Below are positions 18,706 through 28,122 of a stretch of 64,000 nt of DNA, in pieces (the stretch's first letter is position 1; the number at the start of each line of letters is the position of its first letter). Made by a program: the position numbers and the translations under genes. The notes below the pieces were generated by a model. It did no database searches and was not told the DNA's origin. It saw nothing but the letters and a program-made list of their open reading frames with translations. Source of the DNA: an uncultured Gemmatimonadales bacterium (lineage in GTDB: Bacteria; Gemmatimonadota; Gemmatimonadetes; Longimicrobiales; RSA9); NCBI GenBank assembly GCA_963798855.1, contig CAWCUU010000002.1, forward strand, positions 1,364,567 through 1,428,566. Reading direction: 5' to 3'.

Positions 18706-20100
18706 TCACAGCTCCCTCCCGACCAGCGCCTCGAGCTGAGCTCGGGCGATCTGGTACGCGTGCTTCGCCGTCACCAGGTCCGTCTGTGCCTGTACCAGGT
18801 TCACCTGCGACGTGATCCGGTCGAGGATGGTGGACGCACCCAGACGGTAGCGCTCCTCCTGCACCCGCAGGTCCTCCTCCGCAACGGTCAGCGACTGCTT
18901 GGACAGCGACACCTGCTCCTCGGCCAGGTGCAGCGCGGCGAGGAGGTCGTTCAGCTGCGTACGCGCGCCCCGCCGCGCGTCCTCGAGCTGGGCATCGGCG
19001 ACGTCGGCCTGGATCGATGCGCGCGCAGACGCCTGCTCGCGCTGCAGCCCGTTGAAGATCGGGTAGGAGAGGCCGAGCCGGACGCTCCAGCTGCCGCGGG
19101 CACCCGAAAACGCCGGGGTCTCGTTGAACCAGTCGTAGCCGCTGGAGAGCCGCAGGCTGGGCAGGTACTGCGAGCGGGCGGCGCCGACGCCGGACCTCGC
19201 GGCCTTGAGCGATGCCTCGGCGGTCACCACCGTCGGCGCCTGGTGCAGCACGATGTCCATCAGAGCCGAATCCGCGAGCACGAGCGGCTCCGGCTCGGCG
19301 AGCTCGGTGCTCTCCGCACCGACCGGACCGTTCTCACCTACCAGCTGTCCGAGCTTGTACGCGGCGCTATTGCGGGTCGTCTGCGCTTCCAGCAGAGCCT
19401 TTTGCGCCGTCGTCAGCTCGAGCTGCGAGCGGAGCACGTCAGAGCGTGTGGCGGTGCCGACGTCGGCCCGGCGTTGCGCCGCCTGCAGCCCCGCCCGGGC
19501 GTTCTGGAGTCGCGACCGCGCGACCTGGATCAGCTCCTCGCCCTGAAGTACGTCGAAGAACGTCTGCTTGGCGGACAGCGTCACGGCGAAGCGCTGCTCG
19601 AGCAGCGACGCCCGCGCGGCCTGCGTCTCGGCTTTCGCCTGGCTCAGCTCGGCGCCTCGCCGGAAGCCGGTGAAGATGTCCATGGAGGCGGAGAGACCCG
19701 CGGAGTAGCTGTCCTGCGAGCCGGAGACGGTCGTGTTCGTCTGCGAGTTGAATCGCTCGGTGCTGTTCAGCGCGGCACTCGTGGACATGCTGAGCGAGGG
19801 CAGGAAGCTGCCGATCGCGGTGCGCTCGCCCCAGCGGGCGGTGCGCACGTTGCCTTCACTCTGCACCATTGCAGGGCTGTGCTCGAGCGAAAGGCGAATC
19901 GCCTCGTCGAGCGTCACCGAGTCCGTCGGCGCCGGAAAGGCGCGCGGGGTCGTCGTATCGATGACGATCGCCTGCGCGGAAAAGACGCGCCGACCCGTCG
20001 TGTCACGGGCCGCTGTGGGCACCTGCGCGGCGAGGGCCGCGGTGACGCCCTGCGCGATCAGCGCCGCGATCACGATCACCGGTGTTCGCATCCTCTTCAA
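18706..20100 (-). CDS. TolC-family outer membrane efflux protein
   Basis: 464 aa with signal peptide and two OEP repeats. Confidence 0.9.
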   Translation of the reverse strand: MKRMRTPVIVIAALIAQGVTAALAAQVPTAARDTTGRRVFSAQAIVIDTTTPRAFPAPTDSVTLDEAIRLSLEHSPAMVQSEGNVRTARWGERTAIGSFLPSLSMSTSAALNSTERFNSQTNTTVSGSQDSYSAGLSASMDIFTGFRRGAELSQAKAETQAARASLLEQRFAVTLSAKQTFFDVLQGEELIQVARSRLQNARAGLQAAQRRADVGTATRSDVLRSQLELTTAQKALLEAQTTRNSAAYKLGQLVGENGPVGAESTELAEPEPLVLADSALMDIVLHQAPTVVTAEASLKAARSGVGAARSQYLPSLRLSSGYDWFNETPAFSGARGSWSVRLGLSYPIFNGLQREQASARASIQADVADAQLEDARRGARTQLNDLLAALHLAEEQVSLSKQSLTVAEEDLRVQEERYRLGASTILDRITSQVNLVQAQTDLVTAKHAYQIARAQLEALVGREL

Positions 20101-20513
20101 AATCGCCTGCCTCCATCTCCGCGGCGGTCGTGGTCGTGCCGCTCGTATTCTCTCCTGCGCTCGGCGCGCAGGCTGTCTTCCTTCATGCGCTGCTCGGGCG
20201 TGAGCAGCTCCCGGATCTCGGCGCGTGTTGAATCCACAATCGCCCGCAGCTCCGGTCCGCGCTGCTTCCAGAACGCGTCCATCTGGGCTCGGCGCCGCTC
20301 GAGGATCGCCTCGGCCTGCTGCCGCTGCTGCGGCGTCAGGTCGAGCCGGTCGAGCAGGTGGCCATGCGACGCGGAGTCGCCATCGGCCCCGACCCGAGCG
20401 GGCTCCCGAGCGCTGACCACGCGCACGGTCGCCGCGCCCGCGAGCGTGCCGACGATGAACGTGGCGATCAGCACCACCAGCCCGATCCAGCGGGAGCGGC
20501 CTGACATGTTCAT
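20097..20513 (-). CDS. periplasmic LTXXQ-motif protein (Spy/CpxP-like)
   Basis: Internal ATG 20513 with an AAGGAGG RBS. TM/signal segment MNMSGRSRWIGLVVLIATFIVGTLAGA. LDLTPQQ and LLTPEQ motifs. ATGA overlap with the upstream gene stop and a 4-nt overlap with the TolC start. Confidence 0.65.
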   Translation of the reverse strand: MNMSGRSRWIGLVVLIATFIVGTLAGAATVRVVSAREPARVGADGDSASHGHLLDRLDLTPQQRQQAEAILERRRAQMDAFWKQRGPELRAIVDSTRAEIRELLTPEQRMKEDSLRAERRREYERHDHDRRGDGGRRF

Positions 20514-20869
20514 TATCGAATTCCTCCTTCGACGGCGGCGATCATGTCGCCGACGGTCGGTTCCCTTTCCGTGACGATCCAGGTGCTGACGGGCGCGGGT
20601 ACGTTGAGTGCCTCCGCGAACCCGGTGGACGGCGCCGGCAATGCAGCCGCGCCGGGCCGCGCGAGCCCGAGGGCCAGCGCAGAGGCGAGCGCGATCAGCG
20701 CCGCCGCCGCCAGAGCCGGTCGGGCCCAATCGGCGAGGACCACCATCGCCCCGCGTTCCGTCGCCCGTCGTTGCAGCTCCGGCAGCGCGGCCTCCATCAC
20801 CCGCCGCACCAGGCGCTCCCGCGCCACGGGCGTCAGCAGTGGACCGAGATCAATCCCGTCGCGTTTCAT
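20513..20869 (-). CDS. putative anti-sigma factor (single-TM protein encoded directly downstream of the ECF sigma)
   Basis: Assigned by position only, overlapping the sigma stop. Has a cytoplasmic N-domain, one TM helix (ALAAAALIALASALALGLA) and a short periplasmic tail. No zinc-binding anti-sigma motif. Confidence 0.45.
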   Translation of the reverse strand: MKRDGIDLGPLLTPVARERLVRRVMEAALPELQRRATERGAMVVLADWARPALAAAALIALASALALGLARPGAAALPAPSTGFAEALNVPAPVSTWIVTEREPTVGDMIAAVEGGIR

Positions 20870-21422
20870 CGAGCTCCTCCGCATAGAACCCCTGCCCGAG
20901 CCGCTCGCGCAGCGCGCGGCGGGCGTAAAACAGGTGCGACCGAACCGTGCCCTCCGGCATCATCAGCCGCTCCCCGATCTCGCGGTGGGTCCAGCCCTCG
21001 AGATCGTGGAGCAGCACCACCTCGCGCTGCACCTCCGATAGCGTCTCGAGCGCCCGTGCGAGACGCTCCCGGAGCTCGTTGCGCTCCGCGACCGCGGCCG
21101 TGTCCGACTTCGCATCGCCACGTCGCACGTGCTCGAGCGGCTCGGCCTGCCGGACCCTCCGGCGGCGACGGAGCGAGTATGCACGGTTGCGAGCGATCGT
21201 GATCAGCCACGCACCGAAGCGCGCCGGCTCACGACAGTCATCGAGGCGCTCCAGGGCGCGGATCAGCGCGTCCTGCGTGGCATCCTCCGCCTCCGCCGGC
21301 TCGCCCAGCGTCGCGAGCGCGACGGCGTAGGCGGCTCCGACGTGCCGGCGGACGAGAACCTCGAACGCGTCCCTGTCACCCTCCCGGGCGAGCTCGACCA
21401 GTCGGGCGTCCGTTTCGGTCAT
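20850..21422 (-). CDS. RNA polymerase ECF (sigma-70 group 4) sigma factor
   Basis: 190 aa with region 2 (DAFEVLVRRH...AYAVA) and region 4 (VVLLHDLEGWTHREIGERLMMPEGTVRSHLFYARRALRE). The ATG at 21422 lies inside the spurious 839-aa ORF. Confidence 0.9.
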   Translation of the reverse strand: MTETDARLVELAREGDRDAFEVLVRRHVGAAYAVALATLGEPAEAEDATQDALIRALERLDDCREPARFGAWLITIARNRAYSLRRRRRVRQAEPLEHVRRGDAKSDTAAVAERNELRERLARALETLSEVQREVVLLHDLEGWTHREIGERLMMPEGTVRSHLFYARRALRERLGQGFYAEELDETRRD

Positions 21423-21480
21423 GTGAATAGAGACGCGCCAGGGGGCATCAACGTTGAATCCAGAGCGGGACGGGCCGGCG

Positions 21481-21870
21481 CGTGGCGCCGCCCTGGCGGG
21501 CGGGGCGCCGGCGCTTCGCGCGGGGCGCTCCTGCGGAGGGCGCCACTTCGCGGGGGCGGCTTCGCCGGGGGGCGCTCCGCCCTGACGGGCGATCGCGGGG
21601 GGCGCTCCGCCCTGGCGGGCGATCGCGGGGGGCGCTCCGCCCTGGCGGGCGATCGCGGGGGGCGCTCCGCCCTGGCGGGCGATCGCGGGGGGCGCTCCGC
21701 CCTGGCGGGCGATCGCGGGGGGCGCTCCGCCCTGACGGGCGATCGCGGGGGCGCTCCGCCCTGACGGGCGATCGCGGGGGGCGCTCCGCCCTGACGGGCG
21801 ATCGCGGGGGGCGCTCCGCCCTGGCGGGCGATCGCGGGGGGCGCTCCGCCCTGACGGGCGGTCGCGGGGG
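21481..21870. repeat. 30-bp tandem repeat GGCGCTCCGCCCTG(G/A)CGGGCGATCGCGGGG, ~10 near-perfect copies (21568-21868) plus degenerate copies at the 5' flank, upstream of the ECF sigma gene
   Basis: Read directly. Copies differ mainly by G/A at one position (order A,G,G,G,G,A,A,A,G,A) and by one copy of 29 bp. Lies between the nhaA stop and the sigma start on the minus strand. Confidence 0.95.
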
Positions 21871-21871
21871 G

Positions 21872-23191
21872 CTATCCAGCGGGTGGCGTCGTGCGGAGGA
21901 GCAGCCAGCCCACCGCGCCGCTGAGGATGGAGCCGGCGAAGACGCCGACCTTGGCGGCGGCGAGGGCATGGGGGTCGCCGAGGCCGAGCGTCGCAATGAA
22001 GATCGACATCGTGAAGCCGATGCCGCACAGCCATGCGGCGCCGTAGATCTGGCGCCAGGTGACGCCGGCGGGGAGACGGGCGAGGCCGAGTCCGATCGCG
22101 GCGCGGGCGAAGATCATGACGCCGGCCTGCTTGCCGAGGACGAGGCCGAGCGCGACGCCGGCGGTTACGTTCGCGGCGGCGCCGGTGCTGCCGCGCAGGT
22201 GCACGCCGGCGTTCGCGAGCGCGAAGAGGGGCATGACGAGGTACGCGACGTATCCGTGCAAAGCGTTTTCGAAGCGGCAGAGCGGGCTCTGCACGTGCCG
22301 GCAGGCCATCTCGAGGTGGTGCGCGGCGTGGCGCTGCTCGATCGTCGGTGGTCCGGCCCGGTGGCCGTGGGGGTCGAGGATCTCGGCGAGGCCGCGCACG
22401 TGCTGGACGAAGTCGCTGCGATGCATGCGTCGCGTCGCGGGGATCAGCAGCGCGACGAGCACACCCGCCACGGTGGCGTGCACGCCGGAGTCCAGGACCG
22501 TGATCCAGACGCCGCCACCGAGCACGGCGTAGACGACCGGTCGCCAGATGTGCAGCCGGTTCGCGAGCGCGATCAACGCGAGCAACAGCAGCGCGATGCC
22601 GAGGCTGGTCCATGCGATCTTCCCGGTGTAGAAGATCGCGATGACGATCACGGCCCCCAGGTCGTCGGCGATCGCGAGGGCGGCGAGGAAGATTTTCAGG
22701 CCGAGCGGAATCCGTCGGTTCAGCAGCGATAGCACCCCGAGCGAGAAGGCGATGTCGGTGGCCATGGGGATACCCCAGCCGGTGTGCGCCGGGGTTCCGG
22801 CGTTCAGGGCGAGGTAGATGGTAGCCGGCACGATCATTCCGCCGAGCGCCGCGATCAGCGGTAGAAGCGCCTTCTTCGGTGCCGAAAGCTCGCCGATCAG
22901 CAACTCCCTCTTGATCTCGAGGCCGACGAGGAAGAAGAACATGGCCATCAGACCATCGTTGATCCAGTCGCGTAGCGGCTTCTCGAGGGCGTAGAACGGG
23001 CTGGAGACGCCGATCGGCATCTCCCAGACGCGGTCGTAGGAGGCCGCGAAGGGACTGTTGGCCCAGAGGACGGCGGTCAGAGCGGCCGCCAGCAGGATGA
23101 TTCCGCCCGACGCCTCCATCCGGAGGAAAGTCTGGAACGGGCGGATCAGGGCGCTCCGCGGGAGGCGCCTTCGTACCTTCGTCGCGTTCAT
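21872..23191 (-). CDS. nhaA: Na+/H+ antiporter NhaA
   Basis: NhaA fold motifs (FFFLVGLEIKRE; AIADDLGAV). Internal ATG 23191 (MNATKVRRRLP...). Confidence 0.9.
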   Translation of the reverse strand: MNATKVRRRLPRSALIRPFQTFLRMEASGGIILLAAALTAVLWANSPFAASYDRVWEMPIGVSSPFYALEKPLRDWINDGLMAMFFFLVGLEIKRELLIGELSAPKKALLPLIAALGGMIVPATIYLALNAGTPAHTGWGIPMATDIAFSLGVLSLLNRRIPLGLKIFLAALAIADDLGAVIVIAIFYTGKIAWTSLGIALLLLALIALANRLHIWRPVVYAVLGGGVWITVLDSGVHATVAGVLVALLIPATRRMHRSDFVQHVRGLAEILDPHGHRAGPPTIEQRHAAHHLEMACRHVQSPLCRFENALHGYVAYLVMPLFALANAGVHLRGSTGAAANVTAGVALGLVLGKQAGVMIFARAAIGLGLARLPAGVTWRQIYGAAWLCGIGFTMSIFIATLGLGDPHALAAAKVGVFAGSILSGAVGWLLLRTTPPAG

Positions 23192-23405
23192 CCCCACCTC
23201 GCCACCACTGCCGCTCCAAGATGCGTTGAACCCGCGGCCGGCGACAGGGGTTTTCGGGGCAGGCAGCCTTGCCGTCACGGCCCTCCGGCGCCGGTGCGAG
23301 CGAGCGGGCCACCAGCGCTCGGGCGAGGAGCGGATTCAACCATCTCCGCGCTGGCGGTGTCCAATGCATTGATGGCCGGCTCTCACCCCCTGCGGAGATC
23401 CCCCG

Positions 23406-26141
23406 ATGGAATCGCTCAGGCGTGCATCCGAGGCGTCACTTCCGCGATGGCCGGCGGCGTGCGCCATCGCGGTGCTGGTCGCAGCGAGCCCTCTCGCGGC
23501 ACAGAGCTCCGCACACGCCGCGATCCCTGCCGCACCCTCCGTCCACGCCGTCGAGCGCGCCGGGACCATTGCTCTCGACGGCAGGCTCGACGAAGGCGCC
23601 TGGGCCGCGGCGCCCGCGGCGACGGACTTCCTGCAGAGCCAGCCGAACGAAGGCGAGCCCGCGACGCAGCGCACCGAGGTGCGCTTCCTGATCGACGCCG
23701 AGGCGCTGTACGTCGGTGCGCGGATGTTCGATTCGGAGGGAGCAAAGGGCGTCCGGGCCCGGCTAAGTCGCCGCGACGCGGACAACAGCGCGGACGAGCT
23801 CGAGGTGATCTTCGACACCTACCACGACCGGCTTGGGCGCACCGTCTTCTCGGTGGGTCCGTCGGGCTCGCGAGGGGACGCCTACGGTCCGGGCGGCAGC
23901 AACACGGACGAGTCCTGGGATCCGGTGTGGGAGGTGAAGACCACGGTGGACTCGCTCGGCTGGACCGCGGAGATGCGCATCCCGCTCTCCCAGCTGCACT
24001 TCCCTACTGACTCACTGCAGACGTGGGGGCTGCAGCTCTGGAGGACGGAGGCGCGGACGAACGAGATCTCGATGTGGTCGTTCTGGCGGCGCAACGAGCA
24101 GGGTGGACCGTCAAGGTTCGGCGAGCTGGAGGGCATTCGCATCGCGAATCAGCCGGGGCGGGCGGAAGCGCTGCCCTACGTTGTCGCGAGCTCCTCCTTC
24201 CTCAACTCCGTGGATGCCGGCAACCCGTTCCGCTCCAGCCGCGAGAACCACTACCGGGCGGGGCTCGACCTGAAGTACGTCCTGACGCCTACGCTGACGC
24301 TGGCGGCGACGGTCAACCCGGACTTCGGTCAGGTCGAGGTCGATCCGGCCGTCGTCAACCTGTCGGCGTTCGAGACCTTCTTTCCGGAGCGCCGGCCATT
24401 CTTCGTGGAGGGCTCGGGGCTGTTCGACTACGGCTCCTTCTGGTGCCACTTCTGCAGCAACGCGTCGTCACTCGACCTCTTCTACTCGCGGCGTATCGGG
24501 CGTTCCCCGCAGGGCGCCTCGATCGCCCGGGACGCCGGCGACTACGCGGACATACCGGAGAGCACGACGATTCTCGGGGCGGCCAAGATCACCGGGCGCA
24601 CGCCGTCCGGATACTCGATTGCGCTGCTCGACGCGGTCACCAGTCATGAGTCCGCGCACGTGCTGAACGGCACAGGGCAGTTCGACGTGCCGGTCGAGCC
24701 GGCGACGAATTACTTCGTCGCGCGCATCAAGCGCGATCTGCTGGGAGGCAATCTGGTCGTCGGCGGGATGGCCACGTCGACCGTCCGGTCGCTGAACAGC
24801 GCGCCGCTCGAGGGGTTGCTCAACCGGCACGCGGAGGCCGCCGGGCTGGACACGGAGCTGTGGTGGGGCAAGCACACCTACCACGTTCTGGGGCAGTTCG
24901 CCGTCTCCCAGATCGGCGGCAGCGCGGACGCGATCCTGCGTGCGCAACGCTCCAGCGCCCGCTACTTCCAGCGCCCGGATCGAGAGGGGACCGGCAACGG
25001 GCTGTTCTCCGATGCCTACGACCCGGAGGCGACGTCGTTGCGCGGCTTCGCGGGTTATTTCCGCGTTGCGAAGGACGCCGGCAACTGGGAGTGGGAGTCG
25101 TCGCTCAACGTGCGCAGCCCCGGCTTCGAGGTGAACGACCTCTCCTTCCTGACGCGCGCCGACTACATCTGGATGAATGCCAATCTCGTGCGGCACTACA
25201 CGAAGCCGACGAGCTGGTATCGCAGCCTCTGGTTCGACGTCGGCGGGCAGCAGCAGTTCAACTTCGACGGCGACCGGACGGACGGTCAGGTCCAGGCGTA
25301 CGCGCAGTACGAGGCCCCGAACTACTGGAACTTCTCCGGCTTCGTCATGCACCGCTTCGGACACCTCGACGATCGCATCGCCCGCGGCGGACCGCAGCTC
25401 CGCACCCCGGCATGGAACGGCTATTTCCTGAACGTCTCGACCAACTCGCGGCACGCGGTCTCGTTCGACGGAAGCGGGAGCTGGGGTCGCGACGAGGAAG
25501 GCCTGGAGAACTACTCGCTCTACCTCGGGGCGACGTATCACCCGGTCCCGAGCGTCAGCGTCTCGGTCGGGCCCAACCTGTCGCGGAACTGGAGCTCCTA
25601 CCAGTACGTGACCAGCGTGGGCGATCCGACCGCCACCGACTTCTACGGCCGGCGCTACGTCTTCGCGACGCTCGACCAGCGGACGCTGTCGATGGACACG
25701 CGCCTGTCCATGACGTTCACGCCTACCCTCTCGCTCGAGCTATTCGCGCAGCCGTTCATCGCCAGCGGCAGCTACTCGCACTACAAGGAGTTCGCTGCGC
25801 CGCGGGTGCTCGAGAAGACGCTGTACGGCCGCGACATCGGCACGATCGCAGCGGCCGGCGAGGGCTTCGACCGCGAGTTCACGGTGGACCCGGACGCCGC
25901 GGGGCCGGCCCAGCCGTTCACGTTCGGCGCGCCGGACTTCAACTTCCGCTCGTTGCGCGGCAACGCCGTGCTGCGCTGGGAATACCGCCCCGGCTCGACG
26001 CTCTTCCTCGTGTGGACCCAGCAGCGGAGCGACACGGAGCCGGTCGGGGACCTGTCGTTCGGACGTGACCGCGCCGCGCTCTTCGCCGCCCGACCCGACA
26101 ACATCTTCCTCGTGAAGGTGAACTACTGGGTCGGATTCTGA
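23406..26141 (+). CDS. DUF5916 / carbohydrate-binding-family-9-like outer-membrane/secreted protein, paralog of 3503..6205
   Basis: 911 aa with signal peptide. Long colinear similarity to 3503..6205, including NPDFGQVEVDPAVVNLSAFETFFPERRPFF. Confidence 0.85.
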   Translation: MESLRRASEASLPRWPAACAIAVLVAASPLAAQSSAHAAIPAAPSVHAVERAGTIALDGRLDEGAWAAAPAATDFLQSQPNEGEPATQRTEVRFLIDAEALYVGARMFDSEGAKGVRARLSRRDADNSADELEVIFDTYHDRLGRTVFSVGPSGSRGDAYGPGGSNTDESWDPVWEVKTTVDSLGWTAEMRIPLSQLHFPTDSLQTWGLQLWRTEARTNEISMWSFWRRNEQGGPSRFGELEGIRIANQPGRAEALPYVVASSSFLNSVDAGNPFRSSRENHYRAGLDLKYVLTPTLTLAATVNPDFGQVEVDPAVVNLSAFETFFPERRPFFVEGSGLFDYGSFWCHFCSNASSLDLFYSRRIGRSPQGASIARDAGDYADIPESTTILGAAKITGRTPSGYSIALLDAVTSHESAHVLNGTGQFDVPVEPATNYFVARIKRDLLGGNLVVGGMATSTVRSLNSAPLEGLLNRHAEAAGLDTELWWGKHTYHVLGQFAVSQIGGSADAILRAQRSSARYFQRPDREGTGNGLFSDAYDPEATSLRGFAGYFRVAKDAGNWEWESSLNVRSPGFEVNDLSFLTRADYIWMNANLVRHYTKPTSWYRSLWFDVGGQQQFNFDGDRTDGQVQAYAQYEAPNYWNFSGFVMHRFGHLDDRIARGGPQLRTPAWNGYFLNVSTNSRHAVSFDGSGSWGRDEEGLENYSLYLGATYHPVPSVSVSVGPNLSRNWSSYQYVTSVGDPTATDFYGRRYVFATLDQRTLSMDTRLSMTFTPTLSLELFAQPFIASGSYSHYKEFAAPRVLEKTLYGRDIGTIAAAGEGFDREFTVDPDAAGPAQPFTFGAPDFNFRSLRGNAVLRWEYRPGSTLFLVWTQQRSDTEPVGDLSFGRDRAALFAARPDNIFLVKVNYWVGF

Positions 26142-26151
26142 GCTCAGCGTC

Positions 26152-26283
26152 TCAGCCGCCGAGGCTGTCGGGCGGCTTCTCGATCTCACGCGGCGCGGTG
26201 AGCACCTTCACATAGCACCAGCCGGCGAGCCCCCAGACGAAGGCGAGGGAGAGGAGCAGGAAGATCCATCCGAGCGGGGTCAT
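26152..26283 (-). CDS. small membrane protein, MetS-like auxiliary subunit of NSS/SNF transporters (43 aa)
   Basis: MTPLGWIFLLLSLAFVWGLAGWCYVKVLTAPREIEKPPDSLGG. Its ATG overlaps the SNF transporter stop (ATGA). Sequence is the tail of ORF 26152..28014. Confidence 0.55.
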   Translation of the reverse strand: MTPLGWIFLLLSLAFVWGLAGWCYVKVLTAPREIEKPPDSLGG

Positions 26284-27890
26284 CAGCGTTCCTCCACACC
26301 AGGGTTGCGATCGTCGTTGTCGAGGCCTGTGCGCCGCCAGCGCCGCCGGCCGTACCGGACCATGACGGCCAGCATCACCGCGTTGAGGGCGATCCACCCG
26401 ATGGCGTAGGTCGCCTCGGGGTCGGCCACCACCGCGGCGATCGAGCCCTTGAGGTTCTGCACGCAGAATCCGACGAAGACCACCACCAGGTAGACCGGCG
26501 CCACGTACTTCATCAGAAAGCGGAAGAGCCGGGGGATCCTCATCTGAGCGCCGTGATGGGCCTCCTCGAGGCCGCGATCGATGCCGAACACCCACGAGAA
26601 GAGAATGATCTGGATCATCGCCAGCACGAAGATCAGGAACGTCCCGACCCAGAAGTCGATGGTCGACCAGAACAGGCTGTTGCGGCTGAAATAGACGACC
26701 AGGCTGCCGCCCACCAGGGCGAGGGAGGCGAGCACGGTGGTGGCGGCGCGGCGTGAGATACCCATCGACTCGCGGAAAAACGCGATGGAGGGCTGGTACA
26801 TCGACAACGACGAAGTGATGGCGGCAAGGAACAGCATCAGGAACCAGACCGCGCCGATGAAGTTGCCGAGACCTCCCATATGGGCGAACACCACCGGGAG
26901 GGTGTTGAAGCCGAGCCCGAACGTGCCGGTGGCCACCGCCGCGGTGGTGCCGGTGAGACCGAGGAAGATGAAGGAGGCGGTGAGGGTGATGAGCCCGCCG
27001 AAGCCGACCTCGAACAGCTCGTTGGTGGCGGAGGCGGTGAGGCCGGAAAGAACCACGTCGTCCTCCTTCGACAGGTACGAGGCGTAATTCAGGATGATCC
27101 CGAATCCGACCGAGAGGCTGAAGAAGATCTGGCCCGCCGCGGCCAGCCACGTCTGGAAGTTGCCGAGGGCCGAGAAATCGGGGTTCCAGATGTAGCCGAG
27201 GCCGTTGAGCACGTTCTGGTCCGGAACGGCGGGGTCCGGGGTGCCCAGCGTGAGCACCCGGATGAGGACGATCAGCGCGCACACGGCCATGGTGGGCATG
27301 GCCCAGGTGACGAACTTCTCGATCCCCTTCGACAGGCCTCGATAGACCAGGAAAAGGTTCACCAGGATGGTGGCGGCGAAGAAGAGGATGGTGGTGCCGT
27401 GGCCGGCATTCAGCATCCCGTTGGCGTGGGTACCGATGAAGTTGTTGTAGAAGTCGGCGGAGGCCTGGGTCTGCTGGGCGATCGGAGTGGTTGGATCGAC
27501 GCCGATCCCGCCGGTGAGGTACTGCCAGAAGTAGGCGAGGCACCAGGACTCGATGAAGACGTAGTAGTACGACACGGCGAGGGGGATGAGGATGCCGATC
27601 ACCCCCAGGTAGCGGGCCCAGTCTCCCTTGCCGAAGAGCCCGAGGATGGAGGGCGCCGAGTGCAGCCCCTTGGTGCCGCCGTACCGGCCCATCGTCCACT
27701 CGGCCCATCCGATCGGGATACCCAGGAACAAGAGCGCGCAGAAATAGGGGATCATGAACGCGCCGCCACCGTTGGCCGCGGCCTGGCCGGGGAAGCGGAG
27801 GAAGTTGCCCAGCCCGACTGCCGAGCCCGCCACGGCGAGGATCACGCCGAGGCGGCTTCCCCATTTCTCTTGCTGCGTCTCCTGAGCCAT
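26283..27890 (-). CDS. sodium-dependent transporter, SNF/NSS family
   Basis: 535 aa. N-terminal GSAVGLGNFLRFP hallmark and 11-12 TM segments. Confidence 0.9.
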   Translation of the reverse strand: MAQETQQEKWGSRLGVILAVAGSAVGLGNFLRFPGQAAANGGGAFMIPYFCALLFLGIPIGWAEWTMGRYGGTKGLHSAPSILGLFGKGDWARYLGVIGILIPLAVSYYYVFIESWCLAYFWQYLTGGIGVDPTTPIAQQTQASADFYNNFIGTHANGMLNAGHGTTILFFAATILVNLFLVYRGLSKGIEKFVTWAMPTMAVCALIVLIRVLTLGTPDPAVPDQNVLNGLGYIWNPDFSALGNFQTWLAAAGQIFFSLSVGFGIILNYASYLSKEDDVVLSGLTASATNELFEVGFGGLITLTASFIFLGLTGTTAAVATGTFGLGFNTLPVVFAHMGGLGNFIGAVWFLMLFLAAITSSLSMYQPSIAFFRESMGISRRAATTVLASLALVGGSLVVYFSRNSLFWSTIDFWVGTFLIFVLAMIQIILFSWVFGIDRGLEEAHHGAQMRIPRLFRFLMKYVAPVYLVVVFVGFCVQNLKGSIAAVVADPEATYAIGWIALNAVMLAVMVRYGRRRWRRTGLDNDDRNPGVEER

Positions 27891-28122
27891 CCTTCACCTC
27901 CTGGCTGAGAGGCGGCGCGCCGGCCTGCCCCACGTCATCGCAAGAAAGATCGTCGGTACTGTGAGCCTTGAGCGGCGGATGGTACCACACCCGCCCGATG
28001 AGCCGCCATGCCAACGTGCCGGGTCCACCGGCTCACGCCGGCATCCCAACGGTTCTGCCCGTGGGGCTGTCTATGGATATGTAAGGAGTCGTAACCCTCC
28101 CCGGCGACCCGGAAAGAGACCC

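Noticed and set aside
21481-21870. Possibility that the 30-bp and 26-bp tandem arrays are CRISPR arrays
   Set aside because: Repeats are directly abutting with no unique spacers. There are no cas genes in the window.
20850-23369. 839-aa ORF spanning the sigma factor, the 30-bp repeat and nhaA antisense; it translates the repeat as a 10-aa protein repeat (PPGRSAPRDR...)
   Set aside because: Arg/Pro/Ala-dominated GC artefact. Only its last 190 codons (the ECF sigma factor, ATG 21422) are genuine. The repeat is intergenic.
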